Shown here one piece after another: positions 18,110 through 28,093 of a stretch of 64,000 nucleotides of DNA. Source of the DNA: an uncultured bacterium (GTDB lineage Bacteria > Patescibacteriota > Minisyncoccia > Phycocordibacterales > GWA1-40-21). Location: the NCBI GenBank assembly GCA_963840885.1, contig CAWJAN010000001.1, positions 115,051 through 179,050 of the forward strand, in the 5' to 3' direction. The stretch's first letter is position 1, and each line of letters starts with the position of its first letter. A program made the translations under genes and the position numbers. Below the pieces are notes generated by a model, which was given only the letters and a program-made list of their open reading frames with translations, was not told the DNA's origin and ran no database searches.

Positions 18110-18993
18110 TATTTTTTATTCTTCCTTCTTTGAAATATGAAATATGCGCAAGCAACTGAAATTACCATTATAATTATAAACCAGACTTCTATATTTTCAT
18201 ACCAAGGCAACGGATTTTGTGGGGATAATTTTTCAATCCTGGTATTTCCTTTCTTATCGATGGCTTTAACGTAAATATAGCTCCTTAAATCCTGATCGGC
18301 CAATACGTACGGGCTTGTTGCAGGAACCCATTTTGAAAAATCAAATATAAAGTACCTGGATTCCTTTACCTCATATCCTGCTATACCAGAACCTTTGTCT
18401 TCGGCCGCAAAAGATAAAAACCATTTGCCGTCAAAAATATTCGGATCACGTGATATCTCCGGCTTGAAAGCTTCCGGGGGCTCGTTATCGGCAATATTAA
18501 GAGATGGTGAGCTTGTAGGAATGACGGAACTTGAAATATTCAAATTCAGGTCGGATGTCTTTATTTTATCCGCAGTACCGTTGCCATCATTCAGCAAAGC
18601 GCTTGCATTTGTAATTTTTATCGGAGCGCTTCCCTCTTTCTTCGTTTTAAATATAAGAGACAGTACAAAACCTTTATCCAAAATGAATCCGCCTGGAGTT
18701 ATCCCGGAGAAAACTATTTCTCCGTTAAGGAGTGCCGGCTGGTCCACCCAGAAATTTACAACGGAATTACCTATTCTTATTTCTGACAGATCCAATAAGT
18801 TCGCAGGAAAATATATCTTTCCGCTTACTGCATTTATATTCTCCTTTTCCGTATTTATGTTCAGATCAACCTCAAATTCCTGCCCTATAGATAAGCTTTT
18901 GCTTGCGGTATCAAAAGAAAATTCAGAACCGAATGCCGATTTCGGGCAAAAAATCACTAAAAATAATAAGGTTATATAAAATTTATTTTTCAT
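18109..18993 (-). CDS. cohesin-like domain surface protein with C-terminal TM anchor
   Basis: Signal peptide, then LSIGQEFEVDLNINTEKENINAVSGKIYFPANLLDL...LSLIFKTKKEGSAPIKITNASALLNDGNGT, which parallels the neighbouring cohesin-like gene. The C-terminus is VWFIIIMVISVACAYFIFQRRKNKK. Confidence 0.5.
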   Translation of the reverse strand: MKNKFYITLLFLVIFCPKSAFGSEFSFDTASKSLSIGQEFEVDLNINTEKENINAVSGKIYFPANLLDLSEIRIGNSVVNFWVDQPALLNGEIVFSGITPGGFILDKGFVLSLIFKTKKEGSAPIKITNASALLNDGNGTADKIKTSDLNLNISSSVIPTSSPSLNIADNEPPEAFKPEISRDPNIFDGKWFLSFAAEDKGSGIAGYEVKESRYFIFDFSKWVPATSPYVLADQDLRSYIYVKAIDKKGNTRIEKLSPQNPLPWYENIEVWFIIIMVISVACAYFIFQRRKNKK

Positions 18994-19050
18994 CTTGTGA
19001 TAATTGTTTTCATTTTAATTTTATGGTTCTCCTGGATTTTTAGATTTGCC

Positions 19051-20385
19051 TTATCCGGTCCAATAATATGCCATTATGGAAAAGTCTACGAGATCGATCT
19101 TTCCGTCTCCGTTCAGTTCTGTTTTTTCTATCTTACTGAAAGCATCGCTTAAAGTATTTTTATACCAATACGATCCTATGGAAAAATCTACGAGATTTAC
19201 TTTACAATCCCCGTTTAAATCTCCCTTTATGGGACATTTTATGACGGGCAATGCGGCGACATTCTGGTCTCCGACCAAAAATGATACGGTCTGGCTGAAA
19301 TCGGATATCGATTGATCTGATGCCGAAGCTTTTGATTTTGTCATGTGCGTTCCCAGATCGACTTGCGAAGTGTCGAAATTATAAAGATATATTCCATTTT
19401 TATCTGAAGATGTGGTGGCAAAAATCTCTTGCGGAGAATGAACGGATATTATTATATTCGCATCATCGGCAGATTGCCCGAAAATCGCTATATTGTCCCC
19501 TTGTTTCACTTCGCTTTTATCCACGGCTATTGTTGGAGCTATAAAAATTCCGCTGACATTTGTGGTTGCTCCGTAAGTAACGCTTACCGGAAATGTCAGG
19601 CTTGTTGACCTGTTTCCCTGATAATCTTCCGAATAGACGCTGAAGAAATAATTCCCTCCTGAAATTCCGTTCAATGTTATTTGGAAATTGGAATCCGTGC
19701 CGGCAACAGTAGAAGCCGCAACTTGCGCATCCTTCAGCAAAGTTACTGTGCTTTGAGGATAGGCTCTTCCAGAAAATACAACTGATGTTGCGCCGCCTCC
19801 TCCGCCTCCTCCTCCGCCCCCGCCTCCTCCGCCTGCAGGCGGCGGCGCAGCAGGCGTGGAAGAAACTTGCGTTGATGTAGCTATTATATTTCCGAATGCG
19901 TCTTCGACTCTTATTACAAAATAATACGCCGTTCCGTTCGATAATCCGGTCTTTACATAAGAAAGGACGTTTCCCAAAGATGGGCCGAAAGTATAGGGGC
20001 CTCCGGATAGGGTGGAAACGCCTACGTCATAACCGGATGCTGTCCAGCCTAAAATGCCTGTGGCTGATGTCCACAACAAAGTTACTTGGGAATCGCCAGC
20101 TGTTGCCGATACTGCAGGAGTGCTTACAAAAGGAAAATATAAAAATCCCGAGTTTATTTTAAAATCCGTGGCGGTACTCGTGCCTATTCCGATTTGTCCT
20201 AGAGTGCTTATAAGGGTATAGCTTGTCGACGAAGAGAGTCCGCCGCCGTTTGATTCCACTGGATCCAGTATTTTATAATCGACGGAGGAATATTCCGCTG
20301 CGAAAAGATTTCTGCCTGTAAAAATAGCGGCAAACAAAAAAAATAATATTGCCGACAGCCTTATTTTTTTGTGCAACTTGTTCAT
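19051..20385 (-). CDS. secreted FN3/Ig-like protein with poly-Gly tract and C-terminal type I dockerin
   Basis: Signal peptide present. An FN3-like segment reads YDVGVSTLSGGPY...GTAYYFVIRVEDAFGN. There is a run of 14 Gly. The C-terminus carries duplicated calcium-binding dockerin segments DLNGDCKVNLVDFSI and LNGDGKIDLVDFSIMAYYW. Confidence 0.6.
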   Translation of the reverse strand: MNKLHKKIRLSAILFFLFAAIFTGRNLFAAEYSSVDYKILDPVESNGGGLSSSTSYTLISTLGQIGIGTSTATDFKINSGFLYFPFVSTPAVSATAGDSQVTLLWTSATGILGWTASGYDVGVSTLSGGPYTFGPSLGNVLSYVKTGLSNGTAYYFVIRVEDAFGNIIATSTQVSSTPAAPPPAGGGGGGGGGGGGGGATSVVFSGRAYPQSTVTLLKDAQVAASTVAGTDSNFQITLNGISGGNYFFSVYSEDYQGNRSTSLTFPVSVTYGATTNVSGIFIAPTIAVDKSEVKQGDNIAIFGQSADDANIIISVHSPQEIFATTSSDKNGIYLYNFDTSQVDLGTHMTKSKASASDQSISDFSQTVSFLVGDQNVAALPVIKCPIKGDLNGDCKVNLVDFSIGSYWYKNTLSDAFSKIEKTELNGDGKIDLVDFSIMAYYWTG

Positions 20386-20410
20386 ATCCTTAAAAATCTG
20401 CCGCGAAAAA

Positions 20411-20824
20411 TTAATTGCCCTTTGGTGTTGCAGCTGTTGCCGTAGTGGTGGAAATTTCGCTTGTATCTATAGGAGCTATTTCAACCACTTTATCTTCGCT
20501 TGGGTCAAATAATATGGCCTTCTGGGCTTTTATATAAATGAGTATCTTGTCGCCGACTTTAGCATTCTCGAAAAACGGCTGGCCTTTGAGCGCATTCGTA
20601 TCGGTTACTGTGGCTATGGTAGGAGTTTCATCTGTAGGCAAAACAACGAGCTTGCTAACCGATGATACTAGCTGATTTATCTCATTCTGTGCGGCCTGGT
20701 CAGATGTTTTTGGAACTTGCGCAAGCTTGATACATAAGAAGACTATAACTGCGAGCGATAAGAAAAACAGAAACCAAGGAATCATTATCTGATATTTGCT
20801 TTTGAGTTTTATTTGAGGGAACAT
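20411..20824 (-). CDS. small N-terminally anchored membrane protein, unknown function
   Basis: Single N-terminal TM (IMIPWFLFFLSLAVIVFLCI) with an extracytoplasmic tail. Confidence 0.4.
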   Translation of the reverse strand: MFPQIKLKSKYQIMIPWFLFFLSLAVIVFLCIKLAQVPKTSDQAAQNEINQLVSSVSKLVVLPTDETPTIATVTDTNALKGQPFFENAKVGDKILIYIKAQKAILFDPSEDKVVEIAPIDTSEISTTTATAATPKGN

Positions 20825-20867
20825 CTTTAATTTTAATATTTTTATTACTTTCTATTATATTAGCTTT

Positions 20868-23800
20868 TTAAAAGACTGCGGTAAATACCTTTTTTATAAA
20901 ATCCCAAATATAATCCGTGAACTGGCCTGAGATGGCGGCTGTCGCCAGCATAAATATACTGTCTCCTTTTATAAGGCCTACATCTCCGCCTCCTCCTCCC
21001 TCATTTTGAGTCGTTGTCGATGTGGTAGTGGCTGTTGATGATGATTGCTCCGTGCCTGAACCTCCTCCAAAATTTCCGCCGGACTGAGAGCCGTTCGGCG
21101 CATTGCCTGATTCTACATTTGAGCCGCCTCTCGGCTTGATAATAACTGGGGCAGCAACAGAAATCTGCGGCTGTACCGTATATGTGAATTTAGACGCATC
21201 GCCGGCATTTGTCACCCTGAAGCAATAATTTGATCCAGTTACGACATTGCTTGTGGAGCGTACCGAATACTCGAGCTCGGTAAACTGGCTATTGGTTAAT
21301 GTTATTGCGGGAGTCTGATTGCTTGAAGTCTTAACATAACCTGGCACGAATGTCTTATTTGCCGGATCGGCAATGCCTGCGGAATCAGTTGTCAGAGAAT
21401 TATCGGCTACATTGCTCGACCAATCCATTGTCCATGGACCGGTAGAAGTTGAAGATGGCACGGCAGTCCAGGTAGAGCAGGAATCGCTTGGCGATGCGTA
21501 TTCCAGGCGGTACTGATAATTTGTGGCCGTATTGCTCCCTGTATTTGAAATCTGCACTCTCAATCTATCGCGGTCTCCTATTACAACGCCGGACGTCAAA
21601 GCCGTGTTTGTAGCGGCGGCATAGCTTGCATTTACTTCATTGCTATCATCTAATCTCCAGCGGTAATTCAGCTGCGTCAGAGCTGCAGTTCCGTTGCCCC
21701 AGCTGACTTCCCAATCATTAAGGTTTGGCGTACCGCCTCCGAGATCTGAAAGCGTAGCTTTAAGATATAGCGTTGCATTATTTCCTGTAGTCGAGATATC
21801 CGAAAGGTCTATAGAGCATGAGCTTGCGCCATTTTGTATAGTGCAGGTTTTTCCGCTTATGGCAGATTGCGTCGAATCAAGAACCTGTACAATGATGTTC
21901 GAATTAAGAGTAGTCGTGGCATCAACTGCAACTCCACCCCATGATGCAACGCCTGGAACAAAATTAAATTTTATTGCCGGAGAAATTATCGTTCCCTGAG
22001 ATCCTGCGGCTGCAGTCGAAGTCGGAGCCGAAGCGCCGTTTAATCCTACACCGAAAACATCAAAGCTTGCACCAGTTCCATCATTGTGAAAATCAAATAT
22101 TCCTATCCATCCGGCAGCGGTAATGAGACTTGATGTGGCTGTTAAATCCCATGTTGCAGGTTCAGGATTGGAATCCAGCCATGTTTTATAGCTAAAATTA
22201 GTTCCTTCAAAACTGGCTCTTGCATCATACCAAGTATTTGTTGACGGTGTGAATAAAGATGAAGAAAGAGTGGTAAATGAGTTAGAACTAAAGTAACCGA
22301 TTTGTTCTCCGTTTGATGGCTGATTAAAACCTGATCTTAGCGTGGTAATAGCTCCTGACGTAGCTCCACTGGCTCGATCAAGAACATCGGCATCATCATT
22401 TGTTGACGGAACCTTATATCTGAAAAATATCTCGGCATCAGGAGAAACATTATCCAATAAATTCCAAGATAAAGCTCTTCTCAAACTTGAATTTGCTCCG
22501 CCTACCTGAAGAACTTTGCTTCCAGTTGCTGTGACATCACTTTGCACAAGCCAAGAAGAAGTGGCTTCGCTATCGTATCGTTTTGTCCAATCGCTCGGCG
22601 CGCTTCCTGTAGCATATCCGGAAAAATCCGTGAAATATGTCGAGACGGTATGAGAACCCAATATTAAAGATTCTGATCCCGTAGCCATCAGAGTTTGCGG
22701 ATCGGAAATGCTGTTATAAAATGTTGCCGGCGAATTCTGGTCGTTATATTCCGTGGCAATCCAGCCCGAAGAAAGGGCGGTATTAGAAATCTGGACTTCG
22801 TCCAGCAAGCCGCTGTTAAAAAAGCTGCTTCCTCCTCGCGACATAAGATATACCGGAACATTGCCGAAGTTATTGGTATTGTCGGTATTTGTAGGATACG
22901 AAGTTGGCGTTTGTAGCGTTCCGTCTATATACAATGCTACTTCATTGACAGCTTGGCTCTTATCAAACACTGCAACATACTGGTGCCAAGCTCCTGCACT
23001 CGGCCTCGTATAGCATGCTTGGTTATATCCGACATCTCCTAATATAGAAATCTGAACATATCCTGAACACGGAGCGGAGCTATTCGGATCAATGAAATAA
23101 CCGGTTGTATAAAGATTGGAGTTAGTCGTTCCCTCTATAGCCATCTGATCTCCGGTTCCAAACGAACTCTGATTCAACCAAAGCGAAACAGTTATGGCAT
23201 TCGTCGCGCTAGAATCTACGGCTGGTGCAGAAACGGAATTGCTTGTTCCATTGAAATTCAAGCTTCCATCAATCTTTCCGGGGACTTGGGCACTGGAAAG
23301 CATGGATCCGATAGATGTTCCGTTGTTAGCGTTTGAGGTGCTGTCCTTCATCTGAGGAGCAACCCCGGCAGGATTTTCTTCCAAATGCCATACTGCCCTA
23401 TAATTTGAGTTCCAAGTGCTGGTGCTATTTTCTTGGTCAGGAGCGGTGCTCGAGCCGTAGTACATATATATCTGGGTATCAGCAGATGACGAAAGAGACG
23501 GAATATTGACCCAGGCATTAAGGGCTCCGGTACTGCTTGAATATGATTCTCGCTGGTATGGAAGAGTGGTGGTGCCGTTTGATGATGTGAAAACTATGTC
23601 ATTGCCGCTTGACTCTGCGTGAGAAGCGAGATCTGAATCGGTCAAACTGATAAGGGCTGGAAAATTCGCATACGAAGCGCTGTTGCTGCTCACTTTCGTA
23701 TGATCGATAGTGATAAGCTTTCGGTATGGAAAACTCGTATTGTACCAATTAGTTGATGAAACGGCGGACGAACCAGTGGCTTGCGTGCTGCTCAAAGTTC

Positions 23801-26800
23801 CGGTATTGAATTGCGCGCTTGATGTCTGGAACCAATCAGGATTTCCTGTAGGAGATGATGAGGCATATGTGAATGTCCAAGTCCCTGATGACCAGCTCCC
23901 ATAAGTGCCTCCTCCGTCATTAGAAGCTCTTGCGCGGACATAATATGTTTCCCCATCCGTTGTAGACAGAGCAGGCGAAAGGCTTGCGGCTGAAAGATTA
24001 TAAGCGGTGCCTGAAGTATATGTTCCTGAAAAAGTTTCCCTGTGAGCCGTTCCGGTGAAATCAGATACGTCATTGAGTTCAATCTGAAAACTGTTGGAGC
24101 TTATGGAACTTGTGGCTGATACTCTGAAAATCGGCGTGGTCGTAGCCTGCCTTATATTATTGAAAGCGATTTGGTTTGAACCTCCATCATCATTATAAAA
24201 CACAGGGGCATTAGGAGCTGTCACAGTCTTATAAGCAACTGTCCAGTCATTAAGAGTGGCTCCGGATGTGATGGAAGCTTTCAAGCAAATGGTTGAATAA
24301 GTCGAGGTGCTGAGCCCGGAAAGATTTATTGGGCTGCTTGCAAAACCCGTGCTGTTTCCCGAGAGATCGCCGTCTGGAATTATTGTGCTGCAGCTAGCTC
24401 CATAATAGACCTGCATGGATACGGTTCCTGAAGTTGCGGTTTTTGACCATGATGCAGAATCCCAGCTCGTCGCGCCTGGTACGAAACTATAATTTATCGG
24501 GGATGACATAATGGAACCAGAACTGGAAGGATTAATTAAAACGGTTGCAGCATCGGGAGAGGTTGCTGAACCAGAAAGGGTCCAAGTATTTGATATGCCG
24601 GTCGATGTATCGGTCGTTAAAGCATTTCGTGAAGCTGCATAAGTTGCGTGATACTGCGGCCTTGCTGTTTGGTCTTCAGTCCAGCCTCCGCTGACGCTGC
24701 TGAGTGTCAGACCGCCGGCTGAGCCATCATCTGTTTCCATGCTCGACAAAGCCAAGGTGCCGATGACGCTTGGAGTAACCGTCGGTGAAGTTTGCGTGCC
24801 AGTATTTGAACTGCTTTGGTTTATGGGAGTAACCGAATTTTCACCTTGAATTTCATACAATACGCCAGACTGCCATTCAACTGTCCCGCTAATCGGAAAG
24901 GTATATCCTGTCCCGTCTCCTCCTTGAACTATTTTCCACCAAACAGTAAGCTGTGCGGTGCCGTTTGTTTGATCTTGAATCTTAGTCCAGGTTCCATCCG
25001 GAGCCGATGTGGTTCTGTCCAGCGAATAATCGGAATTTCCGACAAACGCGACCAAAAGATCTCCGACAGCCGGCTGCAAACTTAATGTAAACGGAACTGA
25101 TGTCCCTGTTACAGCTGGTTCCCATTTTGTACTCTGGACTATTCCTAATGTCTGGCTGCTTGATACTCCGACTGAACCAGAACCTGTTGTTGTTGCAGAA
25201 GATAAAGTTCCTGTATTAAACTGCGCATCCGTAGTCTGAAACCATGCCGGACTGCCGCTTGATTCATAAGTGAAAGATTGCGTCGATGTCGACCAGTTGG
25301 AATAATTTGATCCGTCTGCCGATGCCCTTGCCCTTACATAATATGTGATTCCGTTTGTCGTAGGCAAGCTTGGCGACAAGCTTGACGCCAATAAATTGTA
25401 TACCGTGCCTGAAGCGTATGTGCTTGAAAAAGTCTGGGAATATGTAGTTCCGCTGAAATTAGTGGTGGTGCTGAGCTGTAATTGGAAATTCGTGAAATTC
25501 GTAGGGCTTGTAGCCGAAACCCTGAACAAAGGAGTGGTCGTGCTTTGTATTATATTGTTGAATGCGATTTGGTTTGTTCCGTCACTGTTTGAAAAAGTCG
25601 GGGTGTTTGGTTTTATAATGGCAGAAGAATAAGTTACCGTCCAATCGTTAAGAGTGGCTCCGGATGTGATGGAAGCTTTCAAGCAAATGGTTGAATAAGT
25701 CGAGGTGCTGAGCCCGGAAAGATTTATTGGGCTGCTTGCAAAACCCGTGCTGTTTCCCGAGAGATCGCCGTCTGGAATTATTGTGCTGCAGCTAGCTCCA
25801 TAATAGACTTGCATGGATACGGTTCCTGAAGTTTCTGTTTCCGACCATGTAGCCTGGCTCCATATTACCGAGCCGGGAACGAAACTGAAATTTATCGGGG
25901 ATGACATTATCGTTCCGGTTGAAGATGTGGAATATGGATATTTGACTATTACGATTCCTGAGCCTCCGGCGCCTCCGGTGTCGCTTGATCCGGAACCATT
26001 TTGTCCAGCTCCTCCTCCTCCGCCTCCTGTATTAACAGTTCCCGCTGTTCCGCTTTGGCCGGTATTGCCTCCGGCTCCTCCTCCGCCAGCTCCTCCTGCT
26101 CCGGCATTTCCAGTTCCTGTGCCCAAATGCTGAAGTCCTCCGCCTCCGCCTCCGCCATAAGTAACAGAAGAACCTGAAATAGAAGTTGTGTAGCCGTCTC
26201 CGCCTTTTCCTGCCTGAGTGGCAACTCCATTAGCACCAACTTGCGTTGCTCCTCCTCCGCCTCCGGCGGCAAAAGTTCCGTTCGTTCCGTCTCCGCTGTC
26301 ATAGCCGTTTCCTCCGGAATTTCCTTGCCCTGCCGTTCCGGCTTTACCGGAATCACCGGCATTGTGATATCCTCCTCCGCCGGAACCGCCGGCAGTCGCA
26401 GTTGAACCTTGTTGTCCGCCTCTGCCTCCGCCTATAGCCGTCAATGTTCCAAAAACAGAATTGCTGCCGGCAGTATTTGCCGCTCCTCCGCCTCCTATAG
26501 TAACCGTGTATGACTGCGGAGTTACCGCGTAAGAAGAATTATAAATGACTCCTCCGGCTCCTCCTCCGCCTCCGGTTCTGTCGGGATCATTTCCTCCTCC
26601 GCCTCCGCCGGCAACAACCAGCGCCTCGATATTTCCTGAACCGGATGTGACTTGGAATGTTCCGCTTGAAGTAAAAGAATGATAGCGATAGCCGCCTGTT
26701 GTGGTTATCGTGCCTCCGGTAGCGCTCATGAGAGGAAGCAAAATCACCTGATCGGAGCTTGCGACTGTTCCGGTTAATGTATCCGTATTGAATTGGGCAT

Positions 26801-28052
26801 TAGCTGTCTGAAACCATGCCGGACTGCCGGATGATTCGTAAGTAAAAGTCTGGGTCGATGTAGACCAGCTGCCGTAAGTCGTTCCCCCGTCGGCTGAAGC
26901 GCGGGCACGTACGTAATAGGTCGCGCCATTCGTTGTCGGAAGGCTCGGCGAAAGGCTTGTTGCGGAAAGATTGTATACGGTGCCGGATGCATAGCTACTC
27001 GAATACGTTTCCGTATAAGCGGTGCCGCTGAAATCCGATGCGGTGTTCATCTCGATCTGGAAGCGGTTGAAAGCAGCCGAACTCGTAGCCGATACCCGGA
27101 AGATCGGCGTGGTCGTGCTTTGCATTATATTATTGAAAGCTATCTGGTTGGTGCCATCGGAATCGGAAAAAGATGGTGAGCCAGGAGGAGAAAGCCGGCT
27201 GATTACTATGCCTGTCTGAGATTTTAAACATGTTCCGCTCCATGTTGTTCCTCCGTCTTCTGTTGTATTTGAAGATGATGTTGCGAAAACTCCGACCGCA
27301 TATCTCCATGCAGCGCTTGTGCCTGATGCACCGGTAACTTGAGTTACTGCAGATGTCCAATTTGTTCCGATGCTACTGATGGTTCTCGCCGTACCGCTTC
27401 CGGTTCTTAATCCGTTTGTTATTTTAATGGCTAAATTTCCGGCGTTTACATTAAGATTCGGACTAAAAACTATTGGGCTTGTGCCTGTTGTTGTAAGCTG
27501 GTTAACGTTTTGCGAATCAGCGATTGGGTTTGATGTATCGACTCCGCTGTATACCGCTTTAAATACGCTCGTATAGTAGTCGGTTCCGCCGCTCATAGAA
27601 ATTGCCAAAGTTTTTGCGGTGCCATCCATGACCGCATTATCGGTCAGATAATATATATATGTATGCTGTTGTGCAGAAGATCCGGCGTCCCCCGCGGCAA
27701 GTGTCATTGCAACTCCTCCGTAAGTAACACTTGTCATTGTTTGCGTTCCGGCTGTCGATCTTGATGATGCTATTGCCACTACCAAAAGCCTGTTCGAACT
27801 TGTCGTCGATACAGCAAAAGATGCGGCTGTTGCTCCAGGATATGCAGTGGCTCCATAAACAGAAGCCCAGGCATCAAGCGTTGCCACTTCCGCGTTTGCA
27901 TAATTCGGACTTGCAGGGAAATTCAACAAGCTCAAAAAACCCTGTCCGGAAAAGCCGATCGGATATTGGAATACCCAGCTGAAAATCAAAACAAAAATAA
28001 AAGCCGATTTAAACGTTTTCCTTATTATTTTGTTTATGAGTTTAAGCTTCAT
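20868..28052 (-). CDS. giant secreted surface protein (2394 aa) with repeated FN3/Ig-like modules, Gly-rich region and a LamG/ConA-like lectin domain
   Basis: A single uninterrupted 7.2-kb ORF with an N-terminal signal peptide. A module of about 130 aa (SDGTNQIAFNNI.QSTTTP.FRVSATS...YYVRARAS.DG..YS.WS..TQ.FTYESSGSPAWFQT..AQFNTGTL) is present three times. A 60-aa block is exactly duplicated. An internal region of about 230 aa is extremely Gly-rich. The LamG-like segment reads NFNGTSNSVSAP...ITVSLWLNQSS...ALYIDGTLQ. Confidence 0.75.
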   Translation of the reverse strand: MKLKLINKIIRKTFKSAFIFVLIFSWVFQYPIGFSGQGFLSLLNFPASPNYANAEVATLDAWASVYGATAYPGATAASFAVSTTSSNRLLVVAIASSRSTAGTQTMTSVTYGGVAMTLAAGDAGSSAQQHTYIYYLTDNAVMDGTAKTLAISMSGGTDYYTSVFKAVYSGVDTSNPIADSQNVNQLTTTGTSPIVFSPNLNVNAGNLAIKITNGLRTGSGTARTISSIGTNWTSAVTQVTGASGTSAAWRYAVGVFATSSSNTTEDGGTTWSGTCLKSQTGIVISRLSPPGSPSFSDSDGTNQIAFNNIMQSTTTPIFRVSATSSAAFNRFQIEMNTASDFSGTAYTETYSSSYASGTVYNLSATSLSPSLPTTNGATYYVRARASADGGTTYGSWSTSTQTFTYESSGSPAWFQTANAQFNTDTLTGTVASSDQVILLPLMSATGGTITTTGGYRYHSFTSSGTFQVTSGSGNIEALVVAGGGGGGNDPDRTGGGGGAGGVIYNSSYAVTPQSYTVTIGGGGAANTAGSNSVFGTLTAIGGGRGGQQGSTATAGGSGGGGYHNAGDSGKAGTAGQGNSGGNGYDSGDGTNGTFAAGGGGGATQVGANGVATQAGKGGDGYTTSISGSSVTYGGGGGGGLQHLGTGTGNAGAGGAGGGGAGGNTGQSGTAGTVNTGGGGGGAGQNGSGSSDTGGAGGSGIVIVKYPYSTSSTGTIMSSPINFSFVPGSVIWSQATWSETETSGTVSMQVYYGASCSTIIPDGDLSGNSTGFASSPINLSGLSTSTYSTICLKASITSGATLNDWTVTYSSAIIKPNTPTFSNSDGTNQIAFNNIIQSTTTPLFRVSATSPTNFTNFQLQLSTTTNFSGTTYSQTFSSTYASGTVYNLLASSLSPSLPTTNGITYYVRARASADGSNYSNWSTSTQSFTYESSGSPAWFQTTDAQFNTGTLSSATTTGSGSVGVSSSQTLGIVQSTKWEPAVTGTSVPFTLSLQPAVGDLLVAFVGNSDYSLDRTTSAPDGTWTKIQDQTNGTAQLTVWWKIVQGGDGTGYTFPISGTVEWQSGVLYEIQGENSVTPINQSSSNTGTQTSPTVTPSVIGTLALSSMETDDGSAGGLTLSSVSGGWTEDQTARPQYHATYAASRNALTTDTSTGISNTWTLSGSATSPDAATVLINPSSSGSIMSSPINYSFVPGATSWDSASWSKTATSGTVSMQVYYGASCSTIIPDGDLSGNSTGFASSPINLSGLSTSTYSTICLKASITSGATLNDWTVAYKTVTAPNAPVFYNDDGGSNQIAFNNIRQATTTPIFRVSATSSISSNSFQIELNDVSDFTGTAHRETFSGTYTSGTAYNLSAASLSPALSTTDGETYYVRARASNDGGGTYGSWSSGTWTFTYASSSPTGNPDWFQTSSAQFNTGTLSSTQATGSSAVSSTNWYNTSFPYRKLITIDHTKVSSNSASYANFPALISLTDSDLASHAESSGNDIVFTSSNGTTTLPYQRESYSSSTGALNAWVNIPSLSSSADTQIYMYYGSSTAPDQENSTSTWNSNYRAVWHLEENPAGVAPQMKDSTSNANNGTSIGSMLSSAQVPGKIDGSLNFNGTSNSVSAPAVDSSATNAITVSLWLNQSSFGTGDQMAIEGTTNSNLYTTGYFIDPNSSAPCSGYVQISILGDVGYNQACYTRPSAGAWHQYVAVFDKSQAVNEVALYIDGTLQTPTSYPTNTDNTNNFGNVPVYLMSRGGSSFFNSGLLDEVQISNTALSSGWIATEYNDQNSPATFYNSISDPQTLMATGSESLILGSHTVSTYFTDFSGYATGSAPSDWTKRYDSEATSSWLVQSDVTATGSKVLQVGGANSSLRRALSWNLLDNVSPDAEIFFRYKVPSTNDDADVLDRASGATSGAITTLRSGFNQPSNGEQIGYFSSNSFTTLSSSLFTPSTNTWYDARASFEGTNFSYKTWLDSNPEPATWDLTATSSLITAAGWIGIFDFHNDGTGASFDVFGVGLNGASAPTSTAAAGSQGTIISPAIKFNFVPGVASWGGVAVDATTTLNSNIIVQVLDSTQSAISGKTCTIQNGASSCSIDLSDISTTGNNATLYLKATLSDLGGGTPNLNDWEVSWGNGTAALTQLNYRWRLDDSNEVNASYAAATNTALTSGVVIGDRDRLRVQISNTGSNTATNYQYRLEYASPSDSCSTWTAVPSSTSTGPWTMDWSSNVADNSLTTDSAGIADPANKTFVPGYVKTSSNQTPAITLTNSQFTELEYSVRSTSNVVTGSNYCFRVTNAGDASKFTYTVQPQISVAAPVIIKPRGGSNVESGNAPNGSQSGGNFGGGSGTEQSSSTATTTSTTTQNEGGGGGDVGLIKGDSIFMLATAAISGQFTDYIWDFIKKVFTAVF

Positions 28053-28093
28053 TTTTATGCTTAAATTATATCAATGGCGATTGATATTGTCTA

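Noticed and set aside
19760-19850. Poly-Gly coding tract as a slipped-strand phase-variation switch
   Set aside because: The tract uses mixed GGN codons (gcc/tcc/ccc alternation on the plus strand) rather than a pure homopolymer or short perfect repeat. Slippage potential is therefore low.
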